A stretch of DNA of 63,165 bases, filler included, from Saprolegnia diclina VS20 (Eukaryota): assembly GCF_000281045.1 (NCBI RefSeq). It is 5 parts of 2 records of this genome, joined end to end, with 100 filler letters (N's around TTAATTAATTAA, not from the genome) between each part and the next. Parts side by side here need not be neighbours in the genome. Positions count along the whole stretch, not along the records: positions 1 to 21,016 come from NW_008246078.1; 4 more parts are not named here. The stretch is one strand, 5' to 3'. The first letter of the stretch is position 1, and each line of letters opens with the position of its first letter. Shown one piece after another: positions 1 to 10,952 of this stretch. Below the pieces are notes generated by a model. The model did not search any database, was not told where the DNA came from, and saw nothing but the letters and a program-made list of their open reading frames with translations. The translations under genes and the position numbers were made by a program.

Positions 1-1175
1 CCGTCCTCGCCATGTCGTCCGGTGGCATTTGGTTCGCGCTCCTCACCGACACGCCGCCCTTCATGCAAGCGTGCTGGCGCCTCCTCCTCACGGCCTTTCT
101 GCAGTTCTTTGGCCTTGTGTATGAGCTCAAGACCGACAAGGCGCTCGATGCTGCGTTTTGGGCGCGCTACAAGGCGTCGCTGCCGCTGCTTTGCATCATT
201 GGCCTCTCGCTCAGTTTTCACTTTGGCGCGTGGGGCTGGAGTGTCGCCCATACCTCGCTTTTGGACTCGCTCCTCCTTGTGTGCACGACGCCGCTCTTGC
301 TGGTCGCCTTGATGACGCTGCGCTTCGCGTTTCGCTCAGTCCAAGGCCGCATGGCCCCGCCCATTGAAGCCTCGACGCACGAGCCGTCATCCGTTGTCGT
401 CGTCGTCACACCGCAAGCCGACCGCCACATCGAGATGGACGACGGTGCGATGGCGCTCGAGTACCACCCGCTGCACAAGGAGCAACCGTCGGCGCCAACG
501 CTCTTCCAGCTCATTTGTTGCCCGGTGCGTCCGCTGCCGCCCACGGCCATGGAGGCTATCGGCGCTATCCTTGGGTTCCTTGGCGTCGTCGTCTTGCTCG
601 TCGCGAGCTCGGGCTCGGCCGACACGGGCCCCAAGGTGACATTGGCCGGTAACGCAGCCGCGCTTCTCGGTGCGGCGGCCGTGCTGGTGTACTTTGAAGG
701 CGGGGCGACCTGCCGCGAGTGGATGCCGCTTTTTGTGTACGCATTTCCAGTCACATTTGTCGCGACGCTGTGCTTGGCGGTCGTCTCGCTTGCGTTTGAG
801 TCTGGCACGTCGTTCACGGGCCTCGGCCCCACCGCGCTCTTTGGCTTCCTCGGGTCCTCGGATCGATTTGGCCTTGCGTTTGGCTCGGCGGCTGTCTCGG
901 GCATTGCCGGCCACACCTTTGCCAACTTGGCCGTCAAGTATGTGAGCCCGCTGCTGATTTCGGTCGCAATTCTGTGGGAACCCGTCCTTGGCTCGGTCGT
1001 TGGCTGGCTCGTCGGTGTGCAAGGCGCGCCGGGTACCTCGGCGCTCGCTGCGACGCCGCTCCTCATGATTGGTGCGCTCTTGGTGACGGTTGGCAGCCGT
1101 GATAGTGGCATCGATCTTCTTGGCTGGCTCAAGGCAAAGACGACGGCGCTCTGCGGACGGCGACAGGATAGCTAA
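1..1175 (+). CDS. EamA/drug-metabolite transporter (DMT) superfamily membrane protein, probably 5'-truncated by the window edge
   Basis: About 10 hydrophobic segments with DMT-like motifs (ACWRLLL, WSVAHTSL...LLVCTTPL, GHTFANLAVKYVSPLLISVAILWEPVLG). The frame is open upstream of the ATG at 12 (gtc ctc gcc ATG). Confidence 0.85.
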   Translation, partial: VLAMSSGGIWFALLTDTPPFMQACWRLLLTAFLQFFGLVYELKTDKALDAAFWARYKASLPLLCIIGLSLSFHFGAWGWSVAHTSLLDSLLLVCTTPLLLVALMTLRFAFRSVQGRMAPPIEASTHEPSSVVVVVTPQADRHIEMDDGAMALEYHPLHKEQPSAPTLFQLICCPVRPLPPTAMEAIGAILGFLGVVVLLVASSGSADTGPKVTLAGNAAALLGAAAVLVYFEGGATCREWMPLFVYAFPVTFVATLCLAVVSLAFESGTSFTGLGPTALFGFLGSSDRFGLAFGSAAVSGIAGHTFANLAVKYVSPLLISVAILWEPVLGSVVGWLVGVQGAPGTSALAATPLLMIGALLVTVGSRDSGIDLLGWLKAKTTALCGRRQDS

Positions 1176-1661
1176 GTTTATACATTCCATGTGCTGGATA
1201 ATATACACCACTGTATCGATAAATGTACTCCGCACTTGCGTCGTGTCGCGTTGGTATGGAAAAAAGCGTTGGGTCTTGGACGCGGGGTAGGTACCCTAAC
1301 CCTAGAACGCGCTCTCGGACCTCGGCCGCCACAGTCGTCGTCTGGGTTGGGCATCGCGCTACGAGGCGGTGTCCCAAGGCTACATGGGATGATCATTTTG
1401 CACAATGATCAGGATGTCGTCGATGCATGCAACATGTACTACCGTACAGAACGGCCAATGCGACATCGTCCTGACGTCTTGATCAATCTTGGGCGCTTGT
1501 GGGTTGCGTCGAGGACTTTGAGCAAGCTAAAACACTTCACGGCCGGCTCACTAGTGTGCTTCAGCGCGATGGGCCTCAATACCCAGTACACCATGATGCA
1601 GTCTCCTCGACTGGACACAAGGCTAACACATATTTGGAAAATTGATATATACACGTCGTGG

Positions 1662-2789
1662 TTACGGCGCCTGGCGAAGGTACGAGGGAAAGTCGTCGCT
1701 TGGATCAGCATCCATGTCTGATGGATCCCTCCGCTCAACGACGCATTGCTGACGCGGATACTGCGTCCTCCACTGGGCTGCGCGCGCCTGCATCTCAGGC
1801 AGGTGCTTGTCGTCGACGCCAACGACGACCTTGGTCACTTGGGACGTCACATGGCGCAGCCAGTCGTCGTGGCCGTCCGTCCACGCCGTCTCGGTCGTAG
1901 CAATGACGAGCGTTTGCACGTTCTCGCCGAGCATCGGGTCGGCGCCATTCGCCTTGTTCAGATCTGTCGGCAGGAGCACGCCGATCGTCTCGACATGCAA
2001 CGGCGCCTGTACCAGCAAAGGACACTGGACGTGTCGAAGCGAGACGCTGCTGGCGCATATGCTCTGGTCGTACGCGGCGACCTGCCAGCCGTCGACGTGC
2101 AAGTCGAGCGTGGTCAGCGCTCCATGGCGCTCGTACGACGTGTTGAGATGCCACGCGTCTTGGTGCAAAGTGAGCTGGCGCAATTGCGGAAAGTCCAGAA
2201 AACTCAAATTGAACTCGCGCCAATGAAGAAGCGCGCCAGGTTGAATGCGCACAGCTCGCAGCGCCGAGAGCGGTAGCACCGCGTCCGCCGTCTTGCGGCG
2301 CTTGAGCCGGCACCACTTGCGATCGTCGAGCGTGTCTTCGTACGCAACGGCATCGGCAAACTTGGGCGGTTGGCACTTGCTGGCGTTCGCAATCACGTTG
2401 GTCACGACCACGTGCTGCGACCCAGTCGCACGCTCCAGCAGGCGCGTGAGGGCAGCGTGAAGCGCATCGCTTGTCTCGAGCGTCATCCATGTCCACGGGT
2501 GCAGCTCGACTTGGGCAAAGTAGTCGGCGTCCATGCCGTCAACGCTGTGCACGTTGGCCACGAGCGGGTATCGGAACGGGTCGGCCGAGACAGCGCAGAG
2601 GCGCACGACATGGTCGTCTTGCTGCGACGTGGTCGAGAGAATGTGCACGCGGACGCGCAGTGGGACGCTTGCGACGGCATCCGCCCACGCATGGTTGACG
2701 AGGCGCAAGGCGGCGGCGTCCATCGAGAGCGGGCGGTAGACGTCGATGGCGAACTCGAGGACTGCTCGGCGGAGCGCGGTCGGTACCAT
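1662..2789 (-). CDS. Hypothetical F-box-like/LRR-like protein
   Basis: Likely start MVPTALRRAVLEF at 2789. The N-terminus has an F-box-like pattern (P..L...VLEF...LRLVNHAWADAV), followed by LxxLxL-type segments (FPQLRQLTL, LTTLDL). Codons are GC3-rich. Confidence 0.6.
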   Translation of the reverse strand: MVPTALRRAVLEFAIDVYRPLSMDAAALRLVNHAWADAVASVPLRVRVHILSTTSQQDDHVVRLCAVSADPFRYPLVANVHSVDGMDADYFAQVELHPWTWMTLETSDALHAALTRLLERATGSQHVVVTNVIANASKCQPPKFADAVAYEDTLDDRKWCRLKRRKTADAVLPLSALRAVRIQPGALLHWREFNLSFLDFPQLRQLTLHQDAWHLNTSYERHGALTTLDLHVDGWQVAAYDQSICASSVSLRHVQCPLLVQAPLHVETIGVLLPTDLNKANGADPMLGENVQTLVIATTETAWTDGHDDWLRHVTSQVTKVVVGVDDKHLPEMQARAAQWRTQYPRQQCVVERRDPSDMDADPSDDFPSYLRQAP

Positions 2790-3444
2790 GTCGTGTGCCA
2801 AAAGAAAATGCAAAGTCAAAAATGCCAGCTGCGATCTTCGCACTTAGGAGGACGCACCCAATCATCATCCTACGTGCGCTTTTCTACCGAGCGCAAATTT
2901 ACCTTCAACAGGATGAAAGTCGGCGGCGGTGTGGGCGACTCTCGGTCGCTTATGGTGCAGGACGAGTCGACTTGTACTGCCTTGTACGTGCGCCGCAATG
3001 CGAGAGCATGGTCGACGGTCCTGTCACGCAACAAAGTGCAAAGGCAATGTGAGCCCGCGCTGAACCCAAGGCTTGGATACCGTACTCGAGCCACGTCCCG
3101 TGGGCAACACAGCTGTGGCATCGCCGAAATCTGGGGTTTCTACTTGGTTGTTTCTGAGCTAGCGAGACCCGTCCAGTGCGCCACCTCGAACGCCGCATTC
3201 GAATTAGTATCCACACAGGCCCATTTGACCTGCTCGACCACGCTGCCACTGTGTTCGAGTCGAGCACCGACCGGTCTCGCCGTTGCGGCACTGGCCGAGC
3301 ACTGCAGTGTTGAGCCGTCTTTGGTCACTTGTTCGTGACGTTGTTTTTGGCGACCATCGCAGTGAACCTCGAGCGTCGAGCGACAAAATTTCAACAAGAT
3401 GCCGCTGGATCTCCACGTCAAGAGCTCCTCAACACTAATCTGCG

Positions 3445-4866
3445 TTATTCCTTTCGCGCGTAGCTTACAAGGCGAAGCGTCCACGGCTGTTGGTCGTTTC
3501 CGTTGCGCAAGCGCGTCGTCTCGCGGGTGTAGGCTCGCTGGAGCAGCCGCGGGACGTACCACTCCGAGTCACGCATCTCGACACGGATGGGCGTCGTCGT
3601 CTGTATTTTCTCTAAAAACAAGAGGGCGTCGGCGCCATGCGAGCTGTCAAAGCCAAGCACGAGCGTACTGGCGCTCGGCCAATGGGCTAGCGATGACGCG
3701 ACGTGCGTGAGATCGCGCAGCACGTAGCGGTTGTCCTCGAGCTGGACGCGCGCCAGCTTGGGCTTGGTGGCGAGCAATGGCAACAGTCTTGCGAGTCCCG
3801 TCGCCGACATGGCATTCTGGGCTACGTCCAGCATCCGCAGCGCCGTGCACGTGGTGAGTATATGAAGCAGGTACGGCACGACCGAGTCGGTGAGCTGGTT
3901 GTCCGACAAGCTCAACGTCTCGAGCAGCTGCAAGTTGGCAATGGCTTGTAATACGGGCGGAAAGACATTGCATCCGAGCCGATTGCCCGTGAACGCCACT
4001 GCCACCAAGTGACGCAAGTCCCGCACGACTGCGACAAGCGGCGACGGCGGCAGATGTCCCCACGAGAGAGTGAGCGACGAGAGGCGCGACACGCTCCGAA
4101 GCATGGCTGCTACAGGCCCCATGCTGCGCTCGTTCGAAGCCTTCCATGTAAGCGTGCGCAAAGTGTCTGGCAGGCGGTAGTCGGTCGTTGGACGGGTGAG
4201 GAGCCTGGGACTCTCGAGCACGAGGTCGGTCAAGACAGCGCTGGCGCCGAGCGCGGACCAGAGCGCTTCTTCTGCCGTCACATCGCCACGGCATACAAGG
4301 AAGCTTGCGCTTGGTTGACACAGCCAGTGTGCGACGTGCTCAAAGACATAAGACTGGATTGAGTCTCTGCCGAATCGAAGGTCGAGGGTTGTGAGCGTCT
4401 TGGTCGTTGCGAGATGCTGCAACAGCGGCTTGAGCCACACCACAGCGTCCGACTTGCTAGGAATAAATAGCGACAAGTGGCGAAGCGCCCTGCACGAACC
4501 AAGCGCCGCCTGCAAGCGCAGACCGGCCGGCAGAATCAAGGCCGACTTGATGTCGACGCGCGTGATGCAGCCCGCGAGAAGCCGCGTTAGTGCTTGGAAC
4601 CTGTCGCCGGCTGTGACATGGACAGCTATGGAAGGCCCAAGTCGACGGGCTGCAGCGAGCAGGCGTAGCGAGCGCGCGTTGATGGCTGTCTCGTCCAGAT
4701 ACACCTCGGGCCAATGCACGACCGCCATAGCGGTGAGCTGGGCCACGCACTGCAGCGACAGTGTCAAAAGACTTTGTGGCAAACTCGCAAGAACGAGCTT
4801 GACGTCACGTGGACGCTCAAGATAGAGCACAACGGCCTCGACGAGCTCGGGAGTCCAGCGACTCAT
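3445..4866 (-). CDS. RI-like leucine-rich-repeat protein with F-box-like N-terminus
   Basis: Start MSRWTPELVEAVVLYL at 4866 (the upstream ORF extension is AT-richer). Repeats LRHLSL, LTTLDL, LETLSLSDNQLTD, LRMLDVAQNAMS. Confidence 0.8.
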   Translation of the reverse strand: MSRWTPELVEAVVLYLERPRDVKLVLASLPQSLLTLSLQCVAQLTAMAVVHWPEVYLDETAINARSLRLLAAARRLGPSIAVHVTAGDRFQALTRLLAGCITRVDIKSALILPAGLRLQAALGSCRALRHLSLFIPSKSDAVVWLKPLLQHLATTKTLTTLDLRFGRDSIQSYVFEHVAHWLCQPSASFLVCRGDVTAEEALWSALGASAVLTDLVLESPRLLTRPTTDYRLPDTLRTLTWKASNERSMGPVAAMLRSVSRLSSLTLSWGHLPPSPLVAVVRDLRHLVAVAFTGNRLGCNVFPPVLQAIANLQLLETLSLSDNQLTDSVVPYLLHILTTCTALRMLDVAQNAMSATGLARLLPLLATKPKLARVQLEDNRYVLRDLTHVASSLAHWPSASTLVLGFDSSHGADALLFLEKIQTTTPIRVEMRDSEWYVPRLLQRAYTRETTRLRNGNDQQPWTLRLVSYARKE

Positions 4867-5784
4867 GCAACGACAACGAAAAATCAGAATGTGCAAACTG
4901 GAGAAAGGCCGTGGAAAGAGTGTTGGTACTACATACATTCTGCTTCTTGGGATTGTAGCAATAAGAAGCTTCTTATTGCCCCTTGCAGAGGCCAAGAATT
5001 GACATCGATATGATATGGTGTAGCCTTTCCATGTATTGACTTGAGAGTCTGAGTTCCTCCACCTTTTTCGACGTGGGAGATACAACCTGTAATAGGATGA
5101 AAAACGTCTATCACGAATTTCCTTGTTGTTTCAAAAACCGATAGTGCTAACACGCTTTTTAGCTCCACACGTATTTTGATGACTTTTTCCGAGCTAACCA
5201 CACGCGCGGTCTAAAGCTTGACAACAAACCACGTCCGCACTAGCTCGTTCTTTTCTCGCTTCTACTTGCCAGTTGCACATATGTATGTCCAATCCGTAGA
5301 GTTGATATAGAGGGATTTGATGCTTGTTTCTGCGTCGGATCTACCAATGTGTCGCGTCACCGCTGCAATTGCTTGGCTTTTGGTCCCCACGTCTCGAGAT
5401 TGCCGTTACGATCGCCCAGGTACTGGATCTCTCCCAGCGTGCCACGTGTTTTTAGAGACCGTTGCGGTTTCTTGGCGCCTTTTTTTGGCACCATAATCAC
5501 GTCGACCAGCATACTAGTATGCTCTCACTAACTTACTTCACGAGGTGCAACTCCAATTTTAATATCGATTCGAGTCGTTTCAACTCGTCGTCGTCGTTGT
5601 TGAACAGTCGCATTTCCCATCAACGCCAACCCGGGCAAATGCGAGGCAACTTTCCATACAGTGGTACTTCCGACCATTAGGTGACCTTTCCGCGGTGATT
5701 TCCCTTGACCGCGTGGCTTTGTGCCAGTGCTAAAGACCGGGTGTGGCGGCGCATTGAGGCATCGCGGCCACTTTTGCATCGTCG

Positions 5785-6993
5785 ATGGCGCCGCTTCTCC
5801 GCGCATCGACGCTCGAAGCGCTCGCCTTCGTCGTCGTCTCGCTCCTTGCGTTCCTCCGCAGCGTCAAGCGGTCGCGCCGCCCGCGCCCGTACCGCGGGTG
5901 TCCGCCCGAGGTGCTCGAAGCCATTGCGCTCTATATCCCGTGCCCGGTTGCGTGTCGGGACTTTCTCTGCGCGTTTCCTCTATCGGCGCTCACGCCGTCG
6001 CTGCGCTGCCTCCTCGAGCTCCTCGATCCCGCGCAGCAAAACATTGCCGTGCGCTGGCCCGCAATTTACGTCAACCACAAGGATCGAACCGCCGACGTCC
6101 TGGCGTGGATCGCCGGCGCCAGGACACTCCACAGACAGCTCTCGCTGACGCCGACGACGCCAACCATCTTTTCGGCGGCGTTTCTTCCTACTTGCTTTCA
6201 AGGCTTTGAGTGGCGCGGTGACGCCAGCGCCACCCGCACTTCGATCGACGCCGATGCCCACACGCCCGACGCCGTCGCGAGCGTCCTTGCGCACCCCGAC
6301 GCGCTCGGATCGCTGACGCTGAGCATTCCGGACGTGTGTCCTTCCAGCCTTATTACAATGCTTCCGAATCTGACGCATCTCACAACGCTGAGTTTGCAGG
6401 GCCACGATGCAAGCTTGCACCTACCATCGCTCTTCCAGGCGCTGTGCTGGCTCCCGCACCTCCAGCACTTGCATTTGAATCATACGGGATTAGACGACGC
6501 GATGGCGACCAAGGTGAGCCGCGTCGTGCGCTGCTGCTCGGAGCTTGAGGACCTCGACCTCTCGGGCAACCAGTTGTCGGCCGCCGGCGTCACGTCGCTC
6601 CTCTCCAACTTGCACACGAGCCCAAAGCTGGTGGCGGTCAACGTGACGCAAAACCCCTATGTGCTCAAGGACCTCGTCGGCGCCGCGCCCGCGGTCGCCC
6701 GCCTCGCTGCGACGCTCAAGACGATCTCACTTCGCGTCGATCGAGATGACATGGCCGACGCATTCCCGTTTCTTCGGGCGCTGCGCGCCGTGTGCACGCA
6801 CCGGATCGTGGTCATGATGGTCGGGTCGGGCACGCTCTCGTCGGACCTTGCGAAAGAATACCACCAGCTCAAGCAAGATCTGAGGAGGGCCGACGAGCCC
6901 CACAAGCGGCGGTGCCAGCTGTACCTCTTTGGCCGCGACCCGTGGCCCAAGCGCGACCTTCTCGCACAAAACGCAGGCTGCGCCATGTCCTAA
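5785..6993 (+). CDS. RI-like LRR protein with N-terminal hydrophobic anchor and F-box-like motif; paralog of 3445-4866
   Basis: Hydrophobic ALAFVVVSLLAFL followed by a basic stretch; CPPEVLEAIALYIP; LRRs LQHLHLNHTGLDD, LEDLDLSGNQLS; NPYVLKDL matches NRYVLRDL of the paralog. Confidence 0.8.
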   Translation: MAPLLRASTLEALAFVVVSLLAFLRSVKRSRRPRPYRGCPPEVLEAIALYIPCPVACRDFLCAFPLSALTPSLRCLLELLDPAQQNIAVRWPAIYVNHKDRTADVLAWIAGARTLHRQLSLTPTTPTIFSAAFLPTCFQGFEWRGDASATRTSIDADAHTPDAVASVLAHPDALGSLTLSIPDVCPSSLITMLPNLTHLTTLSLQGHDASLHLPSLFQALCWLPHLQHLHLNHTGLDDAMATKVSRVVRCCSELEDLDLSGNQLSAAGVTSLLSNLHTSPKLVAVNVTQNPYVLKDLVGAAPAVARLAATLKTISLRVDRDDMADAFPFLRALRAVCTHRIVVMMVGSGTLSSDLAKEYHQLKQDLRRADEPHKRRCQLYLFGRDPWPKRDLLAQNAGCAMS

Positions 6994-7141
6994 CCCTACC
7001 TATATAACATTTTATGCAATCTCATCAAAGTGGTTCCATAGCATGATTCCATATTGGAAAATGTATCAAGCTGCAATGTCAACCCACGCACTCCAGAGAC
7101 ATCGAAACAAATAGTAATCCTTCAAGTTGCGACAGAGATGC

Positions 7142-8855
7142 CTAGTACTTGGTCGCATTGCGTGGCATGGTCGAAACGTCGTCGCGCTTGGTCGAGTTTT
7201 GGGGCAGCGCCGACATGGTCTCGGATGCGTCGTACGCGCTGTGCAGCGCCGTCTCAAAGGCCGGTAGCAGCGTCTGCAGCGTCGGCCGGTGCGTCGGCTC
7301 GAGAGCCAAGCACTCAAGCCCGAGGTTTCGAAACCAGGACGGGCACTCGGGACTCAACGACGGGCGCAATGTGCCTGTCGCAATGCGTCCCAAGCGCTCG
7401 TACTCGGGCAGCGTCCACGCACCATCCCGCGTGCGCAGCTCCCAGTACGGCTTCTTGCAGGTCTCGAGCTCGGTGAAAATGACGCCGAGCGAGAAAATGT
7501 CGGCTGCCATGTTGTAGTCGCGGTCGCCGCGCAGCACCTCGGGCGCCATCCAATGGCACGTGCCCATCTTGGCCGTCATCGTGTGGTCGTCGACGGTACG
7601 CGCGACGCCGAGGTCCGTGAGCTTGGCGTGCGCAAAGTCCTGCGTCAGTAGTACGTTGCGCGTCTTGAGGTCGCGGTGCATGAGTGACCGCTTATGCAAA
7701 TACACCAGGCCGCGCATAATGTCGACAGCGTACTGCAGCCGAGTCGCCCACGCCGGCCGCGACGGGAGGTAGTCGCAGAGGTCGCCGCCGGGCATGTACT
7801 CGAGCACGAGCTGGATGTCGCATGGGCTGCTCCACGCCGCGCCGAGGCACGTCACAATGTACTCGGACTTGAGCCTAGAGGGTCGCTTTTAGTTTCAACT
7901 TGATACTAAAGAATGATGCGTACTGGGCCGCGAGCTCGATTTCGTCGAGGAAGCTTTGGATGCGGTCGCGGTCGCCGTGGGCGAGCATCGTCTTGACAGC
8001 GACCGACTTGCCACCGAGGTCGGCGAGGTACACGACGCCGTAGCCGCCGCGCCCGAGCTCCGATCGGCGCAGAAGTGGAGCGGTGATGCGCTTGACGTGG
8101 AGCGTATCGAGGTTGAAGATGGAGGCAAGGCCGTCGTCAAAGGTGCTGGTCGTGTCGGTTGCCGCCGTGTATGTCTTTGAATACAGTGCGGGAGGCTCTA
8201 CTGGCGCTTGCGCCACCGGCGTGCACGTCCTTGAAGAGTCTGCCGAGCGCGGTTCCGGAGAGTACGAATACCGGTACAGCTGCGGACTCGATGGTGAGGA
8301 AAGCACGGACGGAGCTTGGGCTAGTTCTGTCAGCGGCGAGCCGGCTTCGGCCCACATGTTTGACGGTCGTGATACGTCGCTCTTCCGCCTGAGCTCTTTG
8401 ACGCATCCCAGCACAAAGCCAGAGCAAAAGGCGACGCCAAAGATCGAACCCGCGACAATGCCAATGATGGCGCCCGTCGAGAGACCGTCGGTCGTGGTCT
8501 CCAGACGACGTGTATTGTCCAACTGCGCGTCGATGGAACTCGGGCAGAACTCGAAGGACGACGACGCGCGCGGCGCACACTCGGCCTGCCACGGGCCACA
8601 GGTTCGGCTCTCGCGGTCATAGCACGGCCGGTCGCCGCCGCACACGCAGCCGCTAAAGTGGTCGTAGCACAACGTTGCGTTCTGGCACGTGCCAACACCC
8701 AAGGCGCAATAGGATCCACCGAGGCCGTTGCTGAGGTTGGCGTCGCCCGAGCGGCAGTCGGAAGTCGTCGCGTTGAAGCATGGCGCCGTCGCGGGGCAAA
8801 CTGCCGCCGATGTGGCCGCGGCGGCGAGAACGACGTGGGCGAGAACACGCTGCAT
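7142..8855 (-). CDS. Receptor-like TKL-group protein kinase (signal peptide, Cys-rich ectodomain, single TM, kinase); one intron
   Basis: Signal-like MQRVLAHVVLAAAATSAA; Cys-rich ectodomain; TM GAIIGIVAGSIFGVAFCSGFVLGCV; kinase motifs GRGGYGVV, VAVK, HRDLKTRNVLL, DLG, GTCHWMAPE, DIFSLG. A 49-nt GT-AG intron (7875-7923) joins AAQ|LKSEYIV in frame. Confidence 0.92.
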
Positions 8856-10109
8856 GAGGCGGATATCGGCAACTGACGACCCGCTCAATCGAGCTCTTCT
8901 GTCATGTACGTAGTACACGCGTGGGTAACGAGATTGTGGATTGTGGCGCGTCGCACCCAAGCAAGTTGTCTCGGGTTGTACTATTTGCTTTGGGCCTTGC
9001 GTTCGCTTTGTGCATAGAAGCTGCGCCTTTGAACTTGAGCAAAAAATGTCGTCGAGTCGGGCTACTAAAGCCATGGAACGCTTCGCAGAGCGGATTTCCG
9101 CGACGTGAACCATAGAGTCCAAACGCGATCGACCACTATTGCGCCACCAGAGGTGCACATTCTCTACTAATACACGTTGCTCTGCGCCAATTCCCTGCAC
9201 CATACCGGTACTTTCGTATCAGGTTTGCTCGTCGAAACGCTCGTGACGGCGCGTTCAGAACTCGCTCAGCGACGTACCATATGGTGTCAGTTTGCTTTTT
9301 CCTCGCATTAAACTAGACCAGTCGACGAGAGCGGTGCTTTATCGTGGCGTGATAGCTGGACAACTGTCGAGCAGGTTGATCTTTGCGAGAAGCTAAAGCT
9401 AAAACGCTACATAGCTCCTCTTGGATGCTGCGCAAAATTGATTTGTTATTTAGTAGCTACTGCTCTCACTGAATACAGTGCCACGATGAGCGTCATCATT
9501 TAACAGCTGTTCTTGGGTGGAAGGGACCTCAGACAGGCAAACTTAATTCTTGCTTCATTCCAGAACACATGGTCGAAGTAATAATATTCGTGCACTATTT
9601 TGAGTGGAATAACGCCGAGTCCTCCTTCGCGTTGCTTTATCTCTCGGATACCTCGCGCGCTCGGGCTTAAGGTCCGCGGGGGAAGGGGGTGGGTATGGTC
9701 GGGCAATGTTGTAGAGCGAGACGAAGCCTTAACAGGCGGGGTGAAGGGGTATTTGGGGTAAGGGAGTGGGGGATGGAGGCAAGAGGTGTTGTTTTATTAT
9801 TACCAAACTTCGTTTTCGAAGTCGTAGAAGAGGGGGTGTCCCAGGTCTATAAACCAATCATAGGACGTTAAAACGCATGGATTTAACAGGTGGAATGGAT
9901 CAAGAATTAAGGCCACCTGACTGCAGACCAATAGTCAGGCCTCTGCTATCTTGGATTTTTTCCAATTTTTTCAAATTTTCTCCAAGTTCTAGCCCAAATG
10001 ACTATCGAAGAAAATTAAGCTTGCTTTTTGTATGCCAAACGAGTGGTTGGTTGGATTTCCACACAAAGCAGGGAGGCCATTTTGCGCTTGTGATGTGGGA
10101 CCGCAGCGA

Positions 10110-10439
10110 AGACCAAGAGCTCAGTAAAGTCGGGCCGCGCCAAGGTGCCCAAGCCAGCCACGCTGACGCAGACTACCCTACATGCTACGGTGTCTACGAC
10201 AGTGCAGGCTGTCGTGGTGTCTGTCGAGGCAGCGGTCGCATGAACGCGTACTAGTACATGGCGTACCGCGACGCCGCTGCCACCGACAAGCACGACCTCG
10301 AGCTCGCTGTATCGACAGCTATCGAGCTCTTCGTCGTCGGTCTCGACAAGCTCTGCGCCAAGAAGCTTGACGTGCCGCCTGATTTACAAGCTCCGCACGA
10401 GTTGGCGACTACGGAGCTCGGCCCGTTCATGGACGTTCT
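10110..10439 (+). CDS. Possible gene fragment (hypothetical protein) running into a gap
   Basis: GC3-biased, coding-like frame YMAYRDAAATDKHDLELAVSTAIELFVVGLDKL after a ctag acceptor at about 10254. No clear start; truncated by Ns. Confidence 0.35.
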
Positions 10440-10539
10440 NNNNNNNNNNNNNNNNNNNNNNNNNNNNNNNNNNNNNNNNNNNNNNNNNNNNNNNNNNNNN
10501 NNNNNNNNNNNNNNNNNNNNNNNNNNNNNNNNNNNNNNN

Positions 10540-10633
10540 CCCACAAACGGCGGTGCCAACTTTACCTCTTTGGCCGCGACCCGTGGCCCAAGCGCGACCT
10601 TCTCGCACAAAACGCAGGCTGCGCCATGTCCTA
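10540..10633 (+). other. 3' end of a second copy of the LRR gene 5785-6993, emerging from an N-gap
   Basis: Near-identical to 6900-6993 (ggcggtgcca..tacctctttggccgcgacccgtggcccaagcgcgaccttctcgcacaaaacgcaggctgcgccatgtcctaa) with a few substitutions. The 3' flank differs. Confidence 0.85.
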
Positions 10634-10952
10634 AAACAATCTATTCAAATGAAAATGTACTTGCTGTGGTCAAGTCCTATTTCAGAGATATAGCTTAGCG
10701 TGCATTCGCCGGACGCTCCTCCAGGTGCTGTGTGACCAAGGGATATAAAATGTGTGTGAGGGACCTACACGCTTGCAAAGGGTACCGCCAAGGCTGTCAA
10801 CCTACTAGCGGGAATTCATTCGACAACAAAGGCCGGCTAAACCAACGCGGTACAGGACATGGTCACTCCTTGCCATGCACACCGTATACCGCTTAGGTCA
10901 TTGACAGACTCGAGTCATATTAAAGATGCAAACACGTTATTCCGCTTGTTGT

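Noticed and set aside
1293..1306. Telomere-like ccctaaccctag
   Set aside because: Only about two imperfect units, which is chance level.
1191..1721. 176-aa plus-strand ORF between two convergent genes
   Set aside because: No recognisable motif and weak codon bias. It may be a degraded element, but this cannot be supported.
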